This document shows, piece by piece, positions 25,306 through 35,313 of a DNA stretch of 64,000 nucleotides. Made by a program: the position numbers and the translations under genes. The stretch's first letter is position 1. Every line of letters begins with the position of its first letter. Location of the stretch: the IMG/VR virus record IMGVR_UViG_3300020473_001965, positions 124,001-188,000 of that record; one strand, written 5' to 3'. Under the pieces are notes generated by a model. The model had not been told where the DNA came from, did no database searches, and was given only the letters and a program-made list of their open reading frames with translations.

Positions 25306-26583
25306 TTAACCAATCATCAAAGCTGTGACTACATCATCTTTTTCTAAATTAAATTTGAAAGTTATTCCTGACGTCGACGACCCTTCTAGTTCATAGTCGT
25401 AAGATGATCCCGAGGTCATTAGCTGGCCGTTTAAAAATATGTGTATTTTTGATGGCTTGTACTCTGCTTTTGAAAAATCTGCACTGCCCATCTTCAAAGC
25501 AATGTTTTGAGCATGAGAACCTGTAACGGCATAGACTACCTTGGATGGTAATCCAGAAGCAAATCCCGTCACAGAAGATGATGTCAGATAGGTTACGGCG
25601 TCTATTAAATCATCTTTCTCAAGCAGCGCATTTAATTTTATCTGGTTGTCTGATAGTATTGTGTAGTCAGCTTCATTGTCGTCTACTTGTGCACTTGTTC
25701 CAGAATGTAGAAGCTGCCCATTAAGGAAAACGTCTATCATGTTAGGTCTATTACCTGATTTTTCAAAACTAGTACTAGCAACCCTAAAGGCAGAACCAGC
25801 CGCATGTGACCCTGTTACAGTGTAGACCTTCTTCTCTCTAGTGTCATCAGATCCACTGCCGCCGCCGGAACCACTACCCCCGCCCCCGTTGCCAGAACCT
25901 GATGATCCTGACGCTACTACTTCGTCGAGCATCTTTCCTACATAAAGAAATGCCCTTGCTGTTGTTGGAATTTTAGCAGCATCATAATCTTGCAAGAACA
26001 CGATACCGTTATAATAATCAATACTCCAGTCTAGCTCGTCAAGAAGAGGAATCTCATTAGCCTCAGAAGGTTCGCCGGCGTAGATCTTCATGATGTAGGG
26101 GTTGGGTGCATCGTTAGAGAAGTTTGGTGGGACAATTTGAAGCCCACCTAGCGTCTCATAAAGCGTTTTACCATTATTAAATGTTCCGTTGCCCTTCTTG
26201 GCATTAGAAGAAACTGTTTGGTATGTTCCTGTCAAAGAAAGCTTATAAGCATGCGGACCGGAGCTTTGAGCTTCGTCTCCGCCACCAAAGCCTGTACTAC
26301 CAAATGAGCCTACGTTGGCGTCGTAAGTTGTTCCAGCTACTGCAGTTAAGTCAAACTGAACAAATTCAACTGTTGCATCTGAACCTGCCGAAGCACTCTG
26401 GAGTAAGTACAGTGTTTTTGCCGGGCTTGTGGGTATTGACTGTCCAAATATTGTCTGTGAAGCTACTTGAATATTTGAGCCGATCGTTTCTTGAGCATCA
26501 GACTTTAATGCAGACGTGTTTGCTTTGCCCAGAAGTTTTTTCTGAGCAAATAAAGTCGCTATCTGATTAGTTTTTCCTGCCAT
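25306..26583 (-). CDS. Virion structural protein (425 aa): shared N-terminal module, Gly/Ser linker and two GSH..NGQL domains
   Basis: The N-terminal ~220 aa are paralogous to the N-terminus of 26587..35313. The two C-terminal domains resemble the C-terminus of 21682..24822. Confidence 0.75.
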   Translation of the reverse strand: MAGKTNQIATLFAQKKLLGKANTSALKSDAQETIGSNIQVASQTIFGQSIPTSPAKTLYLLQSASAGSDATVEFVQFDLTAVAGTTYDANVGSFGSTGFGGGDEAQSSGPHAYKLSLTGTYQTVSSNAKKGNGTFNNGKTLYETLGGLQIVPPNFSNDAPNPYIMKIYAGEPSEANEIPLLDELDWSIDYYNGIVFLQDYDAAKIPTTARAFLYVGKMLDEVVASGSSGSGNGGGGSGSGGGSGSDDTREKKVYTVTGSHAAGSAFRVASTSFEKSGNRPNMIDVFLNGQLLHSGTSAQVDDNEADYTILSDNQIKLNALLEKDDLIDAVTYLTSSSVTGFASGLPSKVVYAVTGSHAQNIALKMGSADFSKAEYKPSKIHIFLNGQLMTSGSSYDYELEGSSTSGITFKFNLEKDDVVTALMIG

Positions 26584-26586
26584 GAT

Positions 26587-29500
26587 CTACTCGTATGCCA
26601 CCGTAATTCTATCTAAATAACCTGTCCAATTCTTGTGAGCCGTAATTCGAATTGCAACATACTCAGCTGAGGAAGCTGTTCCGTTACATGTCTCGCCATT
26701 GAGCGTGCAGATGTTTTCGGCACCGGACTTCACAACTGCGGCTGTCAAGTCACCGCTGAGACCTCCGTCTCCATCTGATGTGTTTCCGGCACCTGACGAA
26801 GCTCTGGCTGTGTCTAACCATCCCGTCTTTCCAGGCACCTTACATTCAACATGAATACTATCATTTGCTCCCAAGCTTCCTGAGTTGGGACCTGCTAGAG
26901 CTTTGATTGTAGCGTTTCCTCTTAATGTTATTGTGACTTGAGCCACATCGTTGGTGGTGTTGTTTTTGAACGCCCTAAAATATTCCCGGCGGCCGACAGA
27001 GGGTGAGCTATAGTTCATATTACCATCAGGTCCTTGCAAACTTCCTCCATCAGCAACGTTTCTATAGTCTCCTGAGTTTCCGCCTGTCAAGGGAGTTACT
27101 AGATGACCATCGTAAATTATTAATCCGCTATAGTAATTTGTATTACCACCGTCATTTACAGACTTTGTCGAATCCCAAGATCCTGTGGGTGCTCCGGCTT
27201 GACCCTGTGTTGTGTATGAACCTGAAATTAGCCTGTATTTTTCACCACTAAAGTATTCTTCAGTGTTTGCATTTGAATTATCGCTGGCACTAAACACCAT
27301 AAAGTTGGATTTAGTCTGGGTTGCAGTAGTTACATTACTCTTTAGCGGATGTTTTACCCTAAGCGCTGCGGCCGCAGAAGTTGCATTTTCTGGTAAAGAA
27401 TCAGCAGAAGCAAAAACCAGTGAAGCTGTCAAATTAAGGTTTGTCAGCTCAGACCCAGCTGTGGTCGATAATGACGGCATCGTTGTACTAGAGGCTGTCA
27501 CCTTTTTGTCTGTCAGCAAGGTTCCTGATGCTACTATATGCTGAACAGTCACATTTGATGTGTTTACGACTGAGATGGCTGAGCTGTCTGAAGAGTACAC
27601 ATCCCTGTACGAATTTACAAACCTTGCAAGAAGACTTGCTGTGCAGTGTGTGTAGTATTTTATTCCGCTCAAGTGGAAGAGGTTGTTTGATCCTGAGAAG
27701 TTTGTCATCGAAACATTGTCTGCAGACATTGTCGATGAATCATTGTCATTCACCCACTCGATATAGTTTGTATTTCTATCAGACCCAGCAACGGTGTGTA
27801 TAACCCTTGCATAATTCCAGCCGTTTCTCTGATCGGCAGTATGAATTTTGTACTTAGCTGTTCTATAGATCTCTGTATAGTCAGGCATACCGTTATTGTA
27901 TTCAGCATGGTCCCAAACACTAATGTTAGTAAAGCCTGAACCGTTACTATTCAAAGAAGATCCGGCACCGTCTCCTGGGTTTCCTGTGCCTATTAAGTTA
28001 TAAGACCCAGTAATCTCTACGGTGTGTATCACAGATCCATTTACTTCTAGTTTTAAAGATCCACTGTTTGCATCGGAGAAGGAATTGGCTACATGATTTT
28101 TGTGCGATCCGTTGTTGTCTCCTGTTACGTCTTCATTAAGATCACCTGTAATGTGTGTATCAAAAGCAAACACTGATCTTCGATGGTTGTTAGAAGACGC
28201 AGCAGTCTGATATGTTCCATTTATATCAACAGCAGAAAATCCGGCTGTTGTGCTTACATTTGTATAACCCGTTATTGACTTCGATGCGCCAAACGAAAGC
28301 TTGCAATCTGTACCATCTTCGTTACAATCGATATCATCCAGATCAGGTATCGCTGTAATTGTTCCAGTGCCTCCTCCAAATGATACTGTAATTTCACTAA
28401 TGTTTCCTGTCCAGGATGCGTCAGCTTCAATTCTTAAACCTATGTACTCATTATTGCCTATTCCTACTGTTCCTAGCGTTACATAGTTTGTGGCGCTTAA
28501 AGTATTGTCAAAGCTTAGTGAGCCATTTGCTGTGTGCGCTCCGTCGTTGTCGTCATATGAATCAAGAACAAACTCGGTCGCTAGATCTAACCAACCAGTA
28601 GATCTAGATCCATCTGACGGGAATTTTACAAAAGCACGGAGTCTGCTTGAATTTAGAGCAGTTGCTGCTGGGACGATTGTCCCGCCAGAGCCGTTAATTA
28701 CTATGGAGAGATCATATTTTGTAGAACCTGTTTCATTCTTGAACCATCTATAGAATGTTCTTTGACCAGACTCTCCTGAATAGTTGGGATTCTCTAGCGG
28801 CGAATTGTTTAAAGTCCCGCCCTCACTATCATCTCTAAAGTCACCTGAATTTAGTGCCTGAGTTGGTGAACAAAGTTTATCATCATAGAACTGAAGGCCG
28901 TTACTGTGCCCTCCATTTGACGATGTCATGTGTTTCTTAGAGTCCCATTTATTTGATGCATCATAGAGAGATGCTTGGGTATCATAAGATCCGCTAACAA
29001 TTCTATAATTTTCTCTTCTAAATGTCTCAGCAAGCGCTGTGGATGAATTAGAGAGGTCATACATCAATATCCCGGTAGTAGAAGATTGACCGCTATTAGA
29101 CAGGTTAGATTTTAGTGGGTGCGTAACTGAGACTCCTGCAGTTAGAGAACCACTGAGGAAATAGTTTGCTGATACAGTTGCTGATCCTGTTAGGTGGAGT
29201 GTTTTAGTGTGGTTTTCTCCTGCGCCCGTATTTATCGTTGGTTTTGCCTGTGCTGATATCGAATAAGTTACTCCAGATTTAGACGATGCTGAATTTGAAG
29301 TTGTAAAAGTTATATTGTTAGTATCGTAAACATTCCTATAGGCATTCTTAACTCTAGCCTTGTATGTTGCTGTTCCACTTCTAAAGTACTCGATACCGGA
29401 CAAGTGAATACTTCCCGAACCAACGAAGGCTAATGAATTACCCTCAGCAACAAGAGTGTTTGGATCATCATCATTCACCCATTCAATGTAATTGGTCGTC

Positions 29501-32500
29501 TGTGTAGATCCGGTTCTAATATGCTGAACTCTAGCATAGTTCCACCCTCTTCTCTGCGTTCCTGATGCGATAAAGAACTTGCCTGTTCGATGTTTGAACG
29601 AAGTAAATGCATTTCCGTTTGATAAGGTTCCAGTAGAGGGAGAAGAAAAGAATTTAAATCCCGAGCCATTCGCGTCTACATGTGACCCGGAACCAAGGCC
29701 TGATGATCCGCTTCCGATTGGGTCTTGCGTCAAGTCCACTGTTTTGATTGTCGTTCCATTGACTGTCAAGCGAACGACACCCGAATCACCCTCTCCAAAA
29801 GAATACTTTGGATAATTCTGTATGCTATTCCCTTGACTATTATACGCCACATCACTGTTTAAGATTCCCGTGATATGAGTGTCACCATCAAATACTCCCA
29901 TGCGAATATTGTTGCTAGCTGTAACAACTGTATACAAAGCATTTACATCTGCTGCAGATCCAACCCCGGCGGATGCTGCTACACTAGTGTATGCTGGGTT
30001 TGATGAAGCCAGATTATTTGAAGATCCGAACGAGAGGTACACACCTGAACCTGAGTGGAGTGCGTTGATATTATCTAAAGCGGGTGCTGGTTCTGGTGCG
30101 AGTGCTTTTAAAACCTCATTAAATCTATCGATTGCAGTCCCGATAGGTGTTGTTGACAAAAAGTCCGTAAATAGCCCGTCTGTGTACGAGCCGTCTTCAG
30201 GTTTACCTATCGAAGATGTAACCGATGCTATCCCACCCTGAGAATCATTTACTACAAACCCGTCTGTAAAGTCGACTCTTGAAATACTTGAGATGGAAGT
30301 TGACCCTGAGCTTACATTGATTGATCCGCCGCTAGCTGAAGCTGATATCGTTACTTGACCATTTGAAGCAGAAGCTATAGTTACATTATTTCCTGCAACT
30401 AGATATGAGACGCCTTCTTTGGTATTATTAATCGACCCAGAAATTACGCCACCAAACGGGCCCTTAGCTGCAAGAACTCCACTAGTAACAAGATCTCCTG
30501 AGAATATCGACTCATTCGATTTCACTCTTAGCGACACACCTCCCGTCAGGTGAAGCTCACCCTTTGTGTGTATGCGAACTTTTCTCTGAGTTCCAGTAGC
30601 AGATCCTGTCAAGTATATGTTACCTGCAGCAGAGCTTCCTAAGTCTATTAATCGTATTGTACCTGCATCTGATCCCAGCTTTACTTCGTCTCGAGCAAAT
30701 AGTTTTATGCTTCCTGACGGGTTCTTTACTGTGGGTGTTGTTCCGTCTGTTGTGTTGAACTCAAAGTCGTTACCCACCTTAAGAGGTGAACCACCGAAAA
30801 GTGTACCACTTAAAACAACATCACCACTAAAGACAGCAACGCCTGAAGTGGCGGGTGTTACACCGCCTCCCTGTGCGCCTGAAACGAAGAACGTTACATT
30901 TGTTCCTGGGAGTGGGGGTAGATGATTTGATGTTGCAACTGATGAACTTCCAAAAATAGTTGTACCAGTTATAGCAAGCGCAACAGACGATCCTCCTGCA
31001 ACCTTTATCTGCACGGGTTGATTATCTACAGTTATTATTGCTCCGGCACCGGTAGCACCTTCATCGTAAGCTTGATCAAGAGTGTTTCCTAAGTCTGAGT
31101 CGAACGGGTTCATCGCAACAGTGACTTGTCCATTCGAAGCAGATGTTATTGCAACGCCTGATCCTGCAATTAGATAAGAAGATCCATCAGAAAGGCGAGT
31201 GAGTGATCCGGATAAAGCTGAGCCCTTGATAGTACCATCGACATCCAGCTCAGTAGAAGGACTTCCCGTTCCAATTCCTACTTTCCCAGCACTATCTATT
31301 GTCATCCTGGTATTCAACCCGTTCGTACCAAACCTCATTTTATTGGTGTTGCCGGAATAATCAATCCAGCCTTCACCATCATTTGCGTTTGTGGTTCGAG
31401 CAAATCTAATAGTACCAATACCGGTGTTTGCGGAAGCAATTGTCATTCCGCGGTTGCCTGTATGGTCACCGATGACAAGATCGTCTTTTTCGTCGGGTTG
31501 AGCACCCGGTGTGGTCGTTCCAATACCGACACTGTCGTTTCCGCCATCTACGAATAGCATGCCGGTTTTGCCACTTGACTCTACACGGAAGTCTTTATCA
31601 GCGCCCGATTCGTTAAATGTTACATTCCCATCTACTTTCAGAGTGCCAGCAATATCGACTGAGCCTGTAAAGTGGTGTGTGTCGTCAGAAGTATCTCCAA
31701 ATTTAGTAGAGCCGGAGCGGTACATTATACTCGATGAAACAACCATTGTGTGAAATTCATTTGCAATGATTGAGCCCGAAACTACTAGGTCGTCATTTAT
31801 TGTGACCTGGCCTCTAAATGTACTTCCAGAGAGTGTCGCCACTAGTGAGTCATCGATTGCCAGCTCAGTCGAATCTATCTTTAATCCACCCCCGGACTTG
31901 AGGTCGAGTGCAAACTCTGTCCCACCAAGATCAAGACCGTTTCCAGCTGTATACGTCGTATTGGTATTGGTAGCTGCAACTGTAACTTGTCCATTCGAAG
32001 CAGATGTTATCGTTACGTTGTTTCCTGCAACGAGGTAGCTCTTTCCATCAATCAGTCTAGTTAGTGACCCGCTTAAGCCGAGTGTTGACCTTAGTGTCCC
32101 TGTCAAGTCAACAGCTATGTTAGGTAGATTGCTTCCGATTCTTACGCGCTCTACCAAAGACGTACCATCGTGTGTAGACAAAACAAGATCGTTTGTCGTA
32201 GCACCTGAAAGCATTAGAGACGCGCCGACAGCTCCTGCAGCCCCTTCAAAGCTTAAGTTGCTGTTTTGAGAATTGTTCGACCTTCGAAGAGTAATCTTTG
32301 GACTAGCTGCGTTCAGCTCAACTTCGGTTCCTGTGAATGTAAAGGCTGAGCTTGCTCCGAAAGATCCGCCATTATTGTATTGGATCTGGGTGTTAGCACC
32401 TGCAGGTGATGATGCAGCAGCAGCTACAGTTACCTGACCGTTAGAAGCTGACGTTATCGTTACGTTGTTTCCTGCGACTAGATATGATTTACCATCGACT

Positions 32501-35313
32501 AATCGTGTTAATGACCCAGAAATCCCACTGGTGAAACTAGCAGAACCTGTAAAGAAGTGAGTGTCGTCTGAAGTGTCTCCAAACTTTGTCGAGCCGCTCC
32601 TATACATTATGCTAGAAGACACCACCATGGTGTGAAACTCATTAGCGACTATTGTACCAGAGACAATCAAGTCATCGTTGACAGTAACTTTGCCTTTAAA
32701 AGTACTCCCTGAGAGGGTTGCTACGAGAGAATCATCTAGTGCCAACTCAGTTGAATCTATCTTTAGACCTCCACCAGATTTAAGATCCAGAGAGAACGTG
32801 GTCGTTGAAAGGTCAAGCCCGTCGCCGGCAGTATACGTCGTGTTGGTATCTGTTGATGTAACTGTAACCTGACCATTAGAGGCTGAGGATATGGTTACGT
32901 TGTTTCCTGCAACTAGATATGATTTGCCATCGGTAAGCTGGGTTAGTGATCCAGAAAGACCTTTCGTTGCCTCTATAGAGCCTGTTGCACCAACATTTCC
33001 TCTAAATTGTGATCCACTGATAGTTGCTACAACTGAATCATTGATCGCGAGCTCTGTTGAATCTATTTTTAATCCGCCCCCAGACTTGAGATCGAGAGAA
33101 AACGTGGTTGTTGAAAGATCTAGTCCATCACCAGCTGTGTATGTTGTGTTGGTATCCGTCGACGTGACCGTAACTTGCCCATTAGACGAGGATGATATCG
33201 TAACATTATTACCGGCAACTAAATAAGATTTTCCATCTGTTAGGCGTGTTAATGAACCTGACATTCCAGTGGTAAAACTAGCTGATCCCGTAAAGAAGTG
33301 GGTGTCGTCTGAAGTGTCACCAAATTTAGTAGATCCAGATCTATACATAATGCTCGATGAGACCACCATGGTATGGAACTCATTGGCAACTATTGTACCA
33401 GAGACGATCAAATCATCGTTTACTGTGACCTTGCCCTTGAATGTACTACCTGAAAGTGTTGCTACAAGACTGTCATCGATTGTCAGTTCTGTTGAATCTA
33501 TCTTTAGACCACCGCCAGACTTAAGATCAAGAGCAAATTCTGTCCCACTAAGATCTAATCCATTACCAGCTGTGTATGTTGTGTTGGTATCAGTTCCGGT
33601 TATTGTAACCTGGCCGTTAGAAGCTGAAGTTATTGTTACATTCGATCCTGCAACTAGGTAGCTCTTTCCATCTGTTAGGCGTGTTAGAGAGCCAGAGAGA
33701 CCTGTTGTAGCGCCCAACGATCCTGTTACCCCGATATTTCCTCTAAACTGTGAACCAGTTAGAGTCGCGACGTATGAATCATCTATAGATAACTCTGTTG
33801 AGTCTATTTTTAATCCACCGGCAGATTTAAGATCTAGTGAAAATGTCGTAGTCGAAAGATCAAGACCATCGCCTGCTGTATAGGTTGTATTAGTATCAGT
33901 AGCAGCTATCGTAACAGATCCGTTAGAGGCTGAGGTAACTGATACGTTGTTTCCTGCAACTAGATATGAACGTCCATTGGTCAGTTTTGTAAGTGATCCT
34001 GAGAGACCGGCTGTGGCCTCTACAGATCCTGTCACTCCAACGTTTCCTCTGAACTGAGAACCGCTCGTAGTTGCAACAATTGAATCATCGATTGCCAGCT
34101 CAGTTGAATCTATCTTTAGGCCCCCAGATGACTTTAGATCAAGTGAGAATGTTGTGGTTGAAAGATCTAGTCCATCGCCGGCCGTGTACGTTGTGTTAGT
34201 ATCAGCTGAAGTTACTGTCACCTGTCCGTTTGATGAGCTAGTTATCGTTACATTACTTCCCGCTACTAAATAGCTCTTTCCATCCGTCAACCTCGTTAAA
34301 GATCCGGACATCCCCTGAGTAAAACTGGCAGATCCTGTAAAGAAGTGTGTGTCGTCTGAAGTGTCTCCAAACTTTGTCGACCCAGAACGATACATTATGC
34401 TGGAAGACACGACCATCGTATGGAATTCATTCGATATAATGGTTCCCGATACCACTAGATCATCTTTGACAGTCACTTGCCCTCGGAATGTACTTCCTGA
34501 CAGTGTTGCTACAAGGCTGTCATCAATTGCCAGCTCAGTTGAGTCTATCTTTAGACCACCACCAGATTTAAGATCAACACTAACTGTCGAGCTTGCTATA
34601 TCAATTCCATCTCCAGCTGTTAGAGAGCTTGAGCCGCTAGAAATGACCTCTTCGGCCATTTTTCCAACATAGACAAACGCTCGAGCATGTGCCGGAACTT
34701 TTGAAGCACTGTAATCTTGTAAAAAGAGTATCCCGTTATAGTAATCAACATTCCAGTCAATGTTGTCAAGCAGCGGGATTTCGTCCCCGACTCCGCCGGA
34801 TCCGTCATCTTTATATATCTTTACAATGTATGGGTTTGGTGCTGTCTGAGAAAAGAAGGGCGGGACGATTTGTATTTTACCCAATGTTTCATGAACGATC
34901 TTTCCGTTCTTGAATACAGTCCCACCTTTTGATGGGTTGCTAGAGCTTGCCTCATAATCAGACGTCAGTACAAACTTGTATGTATGAGGACCAGATGTTT
35001 GACTCGATTCTCCTGAATCAGATCCAGCGCCTCCACCAGTATCATTTGCATCGTATGTTGTACCTGTAAGGACGTTCAGAGAAAACTGAACATACTCTAC
35101 AGTATTAGCTGAGGATCCTGTCGCACTTTGTAGGACATAAAGCGTTCGGGTTGGCGACTCTGGAATTGATTCACCAAATATCAGCTCAGTGGATGTCTGG
35201 ATATTTGAACCAATCAGCTCTTCACCGTCTACTTTTAGATTCGACGTGTGCGCCTTACCTAGAAGCTTCTTCTGGGCAAAATAAGTTGCTGATATGTTAC
35301 TCTTTTTTGCCAT
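26587..35313 (-). CDS. Giant repetitive virion fibre/adhesin-like protein (2908 aa)
   Basis: S/T/G-rich; seven DLKS.GGLKIDSTEL repeat units; GKVGIGT..P...LDV.G fibre motifs; the C-terminal ~1200 aa are paralogous to 35314..39243. Confidence 0.8.
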   Translation of the reverse strand: MAKKSNISATYFAQKKLLGKAHTSNLKVDGEELIGSNIQTSTELIFGESIPESPTRTLYVLQSATGSSANTVEYVQFSLNVLTGTTYDANDTGGGAGSDSGESSQTSGPHTYKFVLTSDYEASSSNPSKGGTVFKNGKIVHETLGKIQIVPPFFSQTAPNPYIVKIYKDDGSGGVGDEIPLLDNIDWNVDYYNGILFLQDYSASKVPAHARAFVYVGKMAEEVISSGSSSLTAGDGIDIASSTVSVDLKSGGGLKIDSTELAIDDSLVATLSGSTFRGQVTVKDDLVVSGTIISNEFHTMVVSSSIMYRSGSTKFGDTSDDTHFFTGSASFTQGMSGSLTRLTDGKSYLVAGSNVTITSSSNGQVTVTSADTNTTYTAGDGLDLSTTTFSLDLKSSGGLKIDSTELAIDDSIVATTSGSQFRGNVGVTGSVEATAGLSGSLTKLTNGRSYLVAGNNVSVTSASNGSVTIAATDTNTTYTAGDGLDLSTTTFSLDLKSAGGLKIDSTELSIDDSYVATLTGSQFRGNIGVTGSLGATTGLSGSLTRLTDGKSYLVAGSNVTITSASNGQVTITGTDTNTTYTAGNGLDLSGTEFALDLKSGGGLKIDSTELTIDDSLVATLSGSTFKGKVTVNDDLIVSGTIVANEFHTMVVSSSIMYRSGSTKFGDTSDDTHFFTGSASFTTGMSGSLTRLTDGKSYLVAGNNVTISSSSNGQVTVTSTDTNTTYTAGDGLDLSTTTFSLDLKSGGGLKIDSTELAINDSVVATISGSQFRGNVGATGSIEATKGLSGSLTQLTDGKSYLVAGNNVTISSASNGQVTVTSTDTNTTYTAGDGLDLSTTTFSLDLKSGGGLKIDSTELALDDSLVATLSGSTFKGKVTVNDDLIVSGTIVANEFHTMVVSSSIMYRSGSTKFGDTSDDTHFFTGSASFTSGISGSLTRLVDGKSYLVAGNNVTITSASNGQVTVAAAASSPAGANTQIQYNNGGSFGASSAFTFTGTEVELNAASPKITLRRSNNSQNSNLSFEGAAGAVGASLMLSGATTNDLVLSTHDGTSLVERVRIGSNLPNIAVDLTGTLRSTLGLSGSLTRLIDGKSYLVAGNNVTITSASNGQVTVAATNTNTTYTAGNGLDLGGTEFALDLKSGGGLKIDSTELAIDDSLVATLSGSTFRGQVTINDDLVVSGSIIANEFHTMVVSSSIMYRSGSTKFGDTSDDTHHFTGSVDIAGTLKVDGNVTFNESGADKDFRVESSGKTGMLFVDGGNDSVGIGTTTPGAQPDEKDDLVIGDHTGNRGMTIASANTGIGTIRFARTTNANDGEGWIDYSGNTNKMRFGTNGLNTRMTIDSAGKVGIGTGSPSTELDVDGTIKGSALSGSLTRLSDGSSYLIAGSGVAITSASNGQVTVAMNPFDSDLGNTLDQAYDEGATGAGAIITVDNQPVQIKVAGGSSVALAITGTTIFGSSSVATSNHLPPLPGTNVTFFVSGAQGGGVTPATSGVAVFSGDVVLSGTLFGGSPLKVGNDFEFNTTDGTTPTVKNPSGSIKLFARDEVKLGSDAGTIRLIDLGSSAAGNIYLTGSATGTQRKVRIHTKGELHLTGGVSLRVKSNESIFSGDLVTSGVLAAKGPFGGVISGSINNTKEGVSYLVAGNNVTIASASNGQVTISASASGGSINVSSGSTSISSISRVDFTDGFVVNDSQGGIASVTSSIGKPEDGSYTDGLFTDFLSTTPIGTAIDRFNEVLKALAPEPAPALDNINALHSGSGVYLSFGSSNNLASSNPAYTSVAASAGVGSAADVNALYTVVTASNNIRMGVFDGDTHITGILNSDVAYNSQGNSIQNYPKYSFGEGDSGVVRLTVNGTTIKTVDLTQDPIGSGSSGLGSGSHVDANGSGFKFFSSPSTGTLSNGNAFTSFKHRTGKFFIASGTQRRGWNYARVQHIRTGSTQTTNYIEWVNDDDPNTLVAEGNSLAFVGSGSIHLSGIEYFRSGTATYKARVKNAYRNVYDTNNITFTTSNSASSKSGVTYSISAQAKPTINTGAGENHTKTLHLTGSATVSANYFLSGSLTAGVSVTHPLKSNLSNSGQSSTTGILMYDLSNSSTALAETFRRENYRIVSGSYDTQASLYDASNKWDSKKHMTSSNGGHSNGLQFYDDKLCSPTQALNSGDFRDDSEGGTLNNSPLENPNYSGESGQRTFYRWFKNETGSTKYDLSIVINGSGGTIVPAATALNSSRLRAFVKFPSDGSRSTGWLDLATEFVLDSYDDNDGAHTANGSLSFDNTLSATNYVTLGTVGIGNNEYIGLRIEADASWTGNISEITVSFGGGTGTITAIPDLDDIDCNEDGTDCKLSFGASKSITGYTNVSTTAGFSAVDINGTYQTAASSNNHRRSVFAFDTHITGDLNEDVTGDNNGSHKNHVANSFSDANSGSLKLEVNGSVIHTVEITGSYNLIGTGNPGDGAGSSLNSNGSGFTNISVWDHAEYNNGMPDYTEIYRTAKYKIHTADQRNGWNYARVIHTVAGSDRNTNYIEWVNDNDSSTMSADNVSMTNFSGSNNLFHLSGIKYYTHCTASLLARFVNSYRDVYSSDSSAISVVNTSNVTVQHIVASGTLLTDKKVTASSTTMPSLSTTAGSELTNLNLTASLVFASADSLPENATSAAAALRVKHPLKSNVTTATQTKSNFMVFSASDNSNANTEEYFSGEKYRLISGSYTTQGQAGAPTGSWDSTKSVNDGGNTNYYSGLIIYDGHLVTPLTGGNSGDYRNVADGGSLQGPDGNMNYSSPSVGRREYFRAFKNNTTNDVAQVTITLRGNATIKALAGPNSGSLGANDSIHVECKVPGKTGWLDTARASSGAGNTSDGDGGLSGDLTAAVVKSGAENICTLNGETCNGTASSAEYVAIRITAHKNWTGYLDRITVAYE
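31680..34630 (-). repeat. Intragenic tandem repeats (long ~148-aa and short ~102-aa units, order L-S-S-L-S-L-[unique]-L)
   Basis: Recurrent TYTAG[DN]GLDL..., KIDSTEL, EFHTMVVSSSIMYRSGSTKFGDTSDDTH (4x), QFRGN (3x), SGSLT.L.DG.SYLVAG.NVTI; copies diverge at synonymous sites. Confidence 0.9.

Noticed and set aside
31680-34630. Regularly spaced DNA repeats as a CRISPR array or DGR template/variable pair
   Set aside because: The repeats are in-frame coding units of 300-450 bp that vary at synonymous sites. There is no repeat-spacer structure, no adenine-specific variation, and no reverse transcriptase or cas gene in the window.
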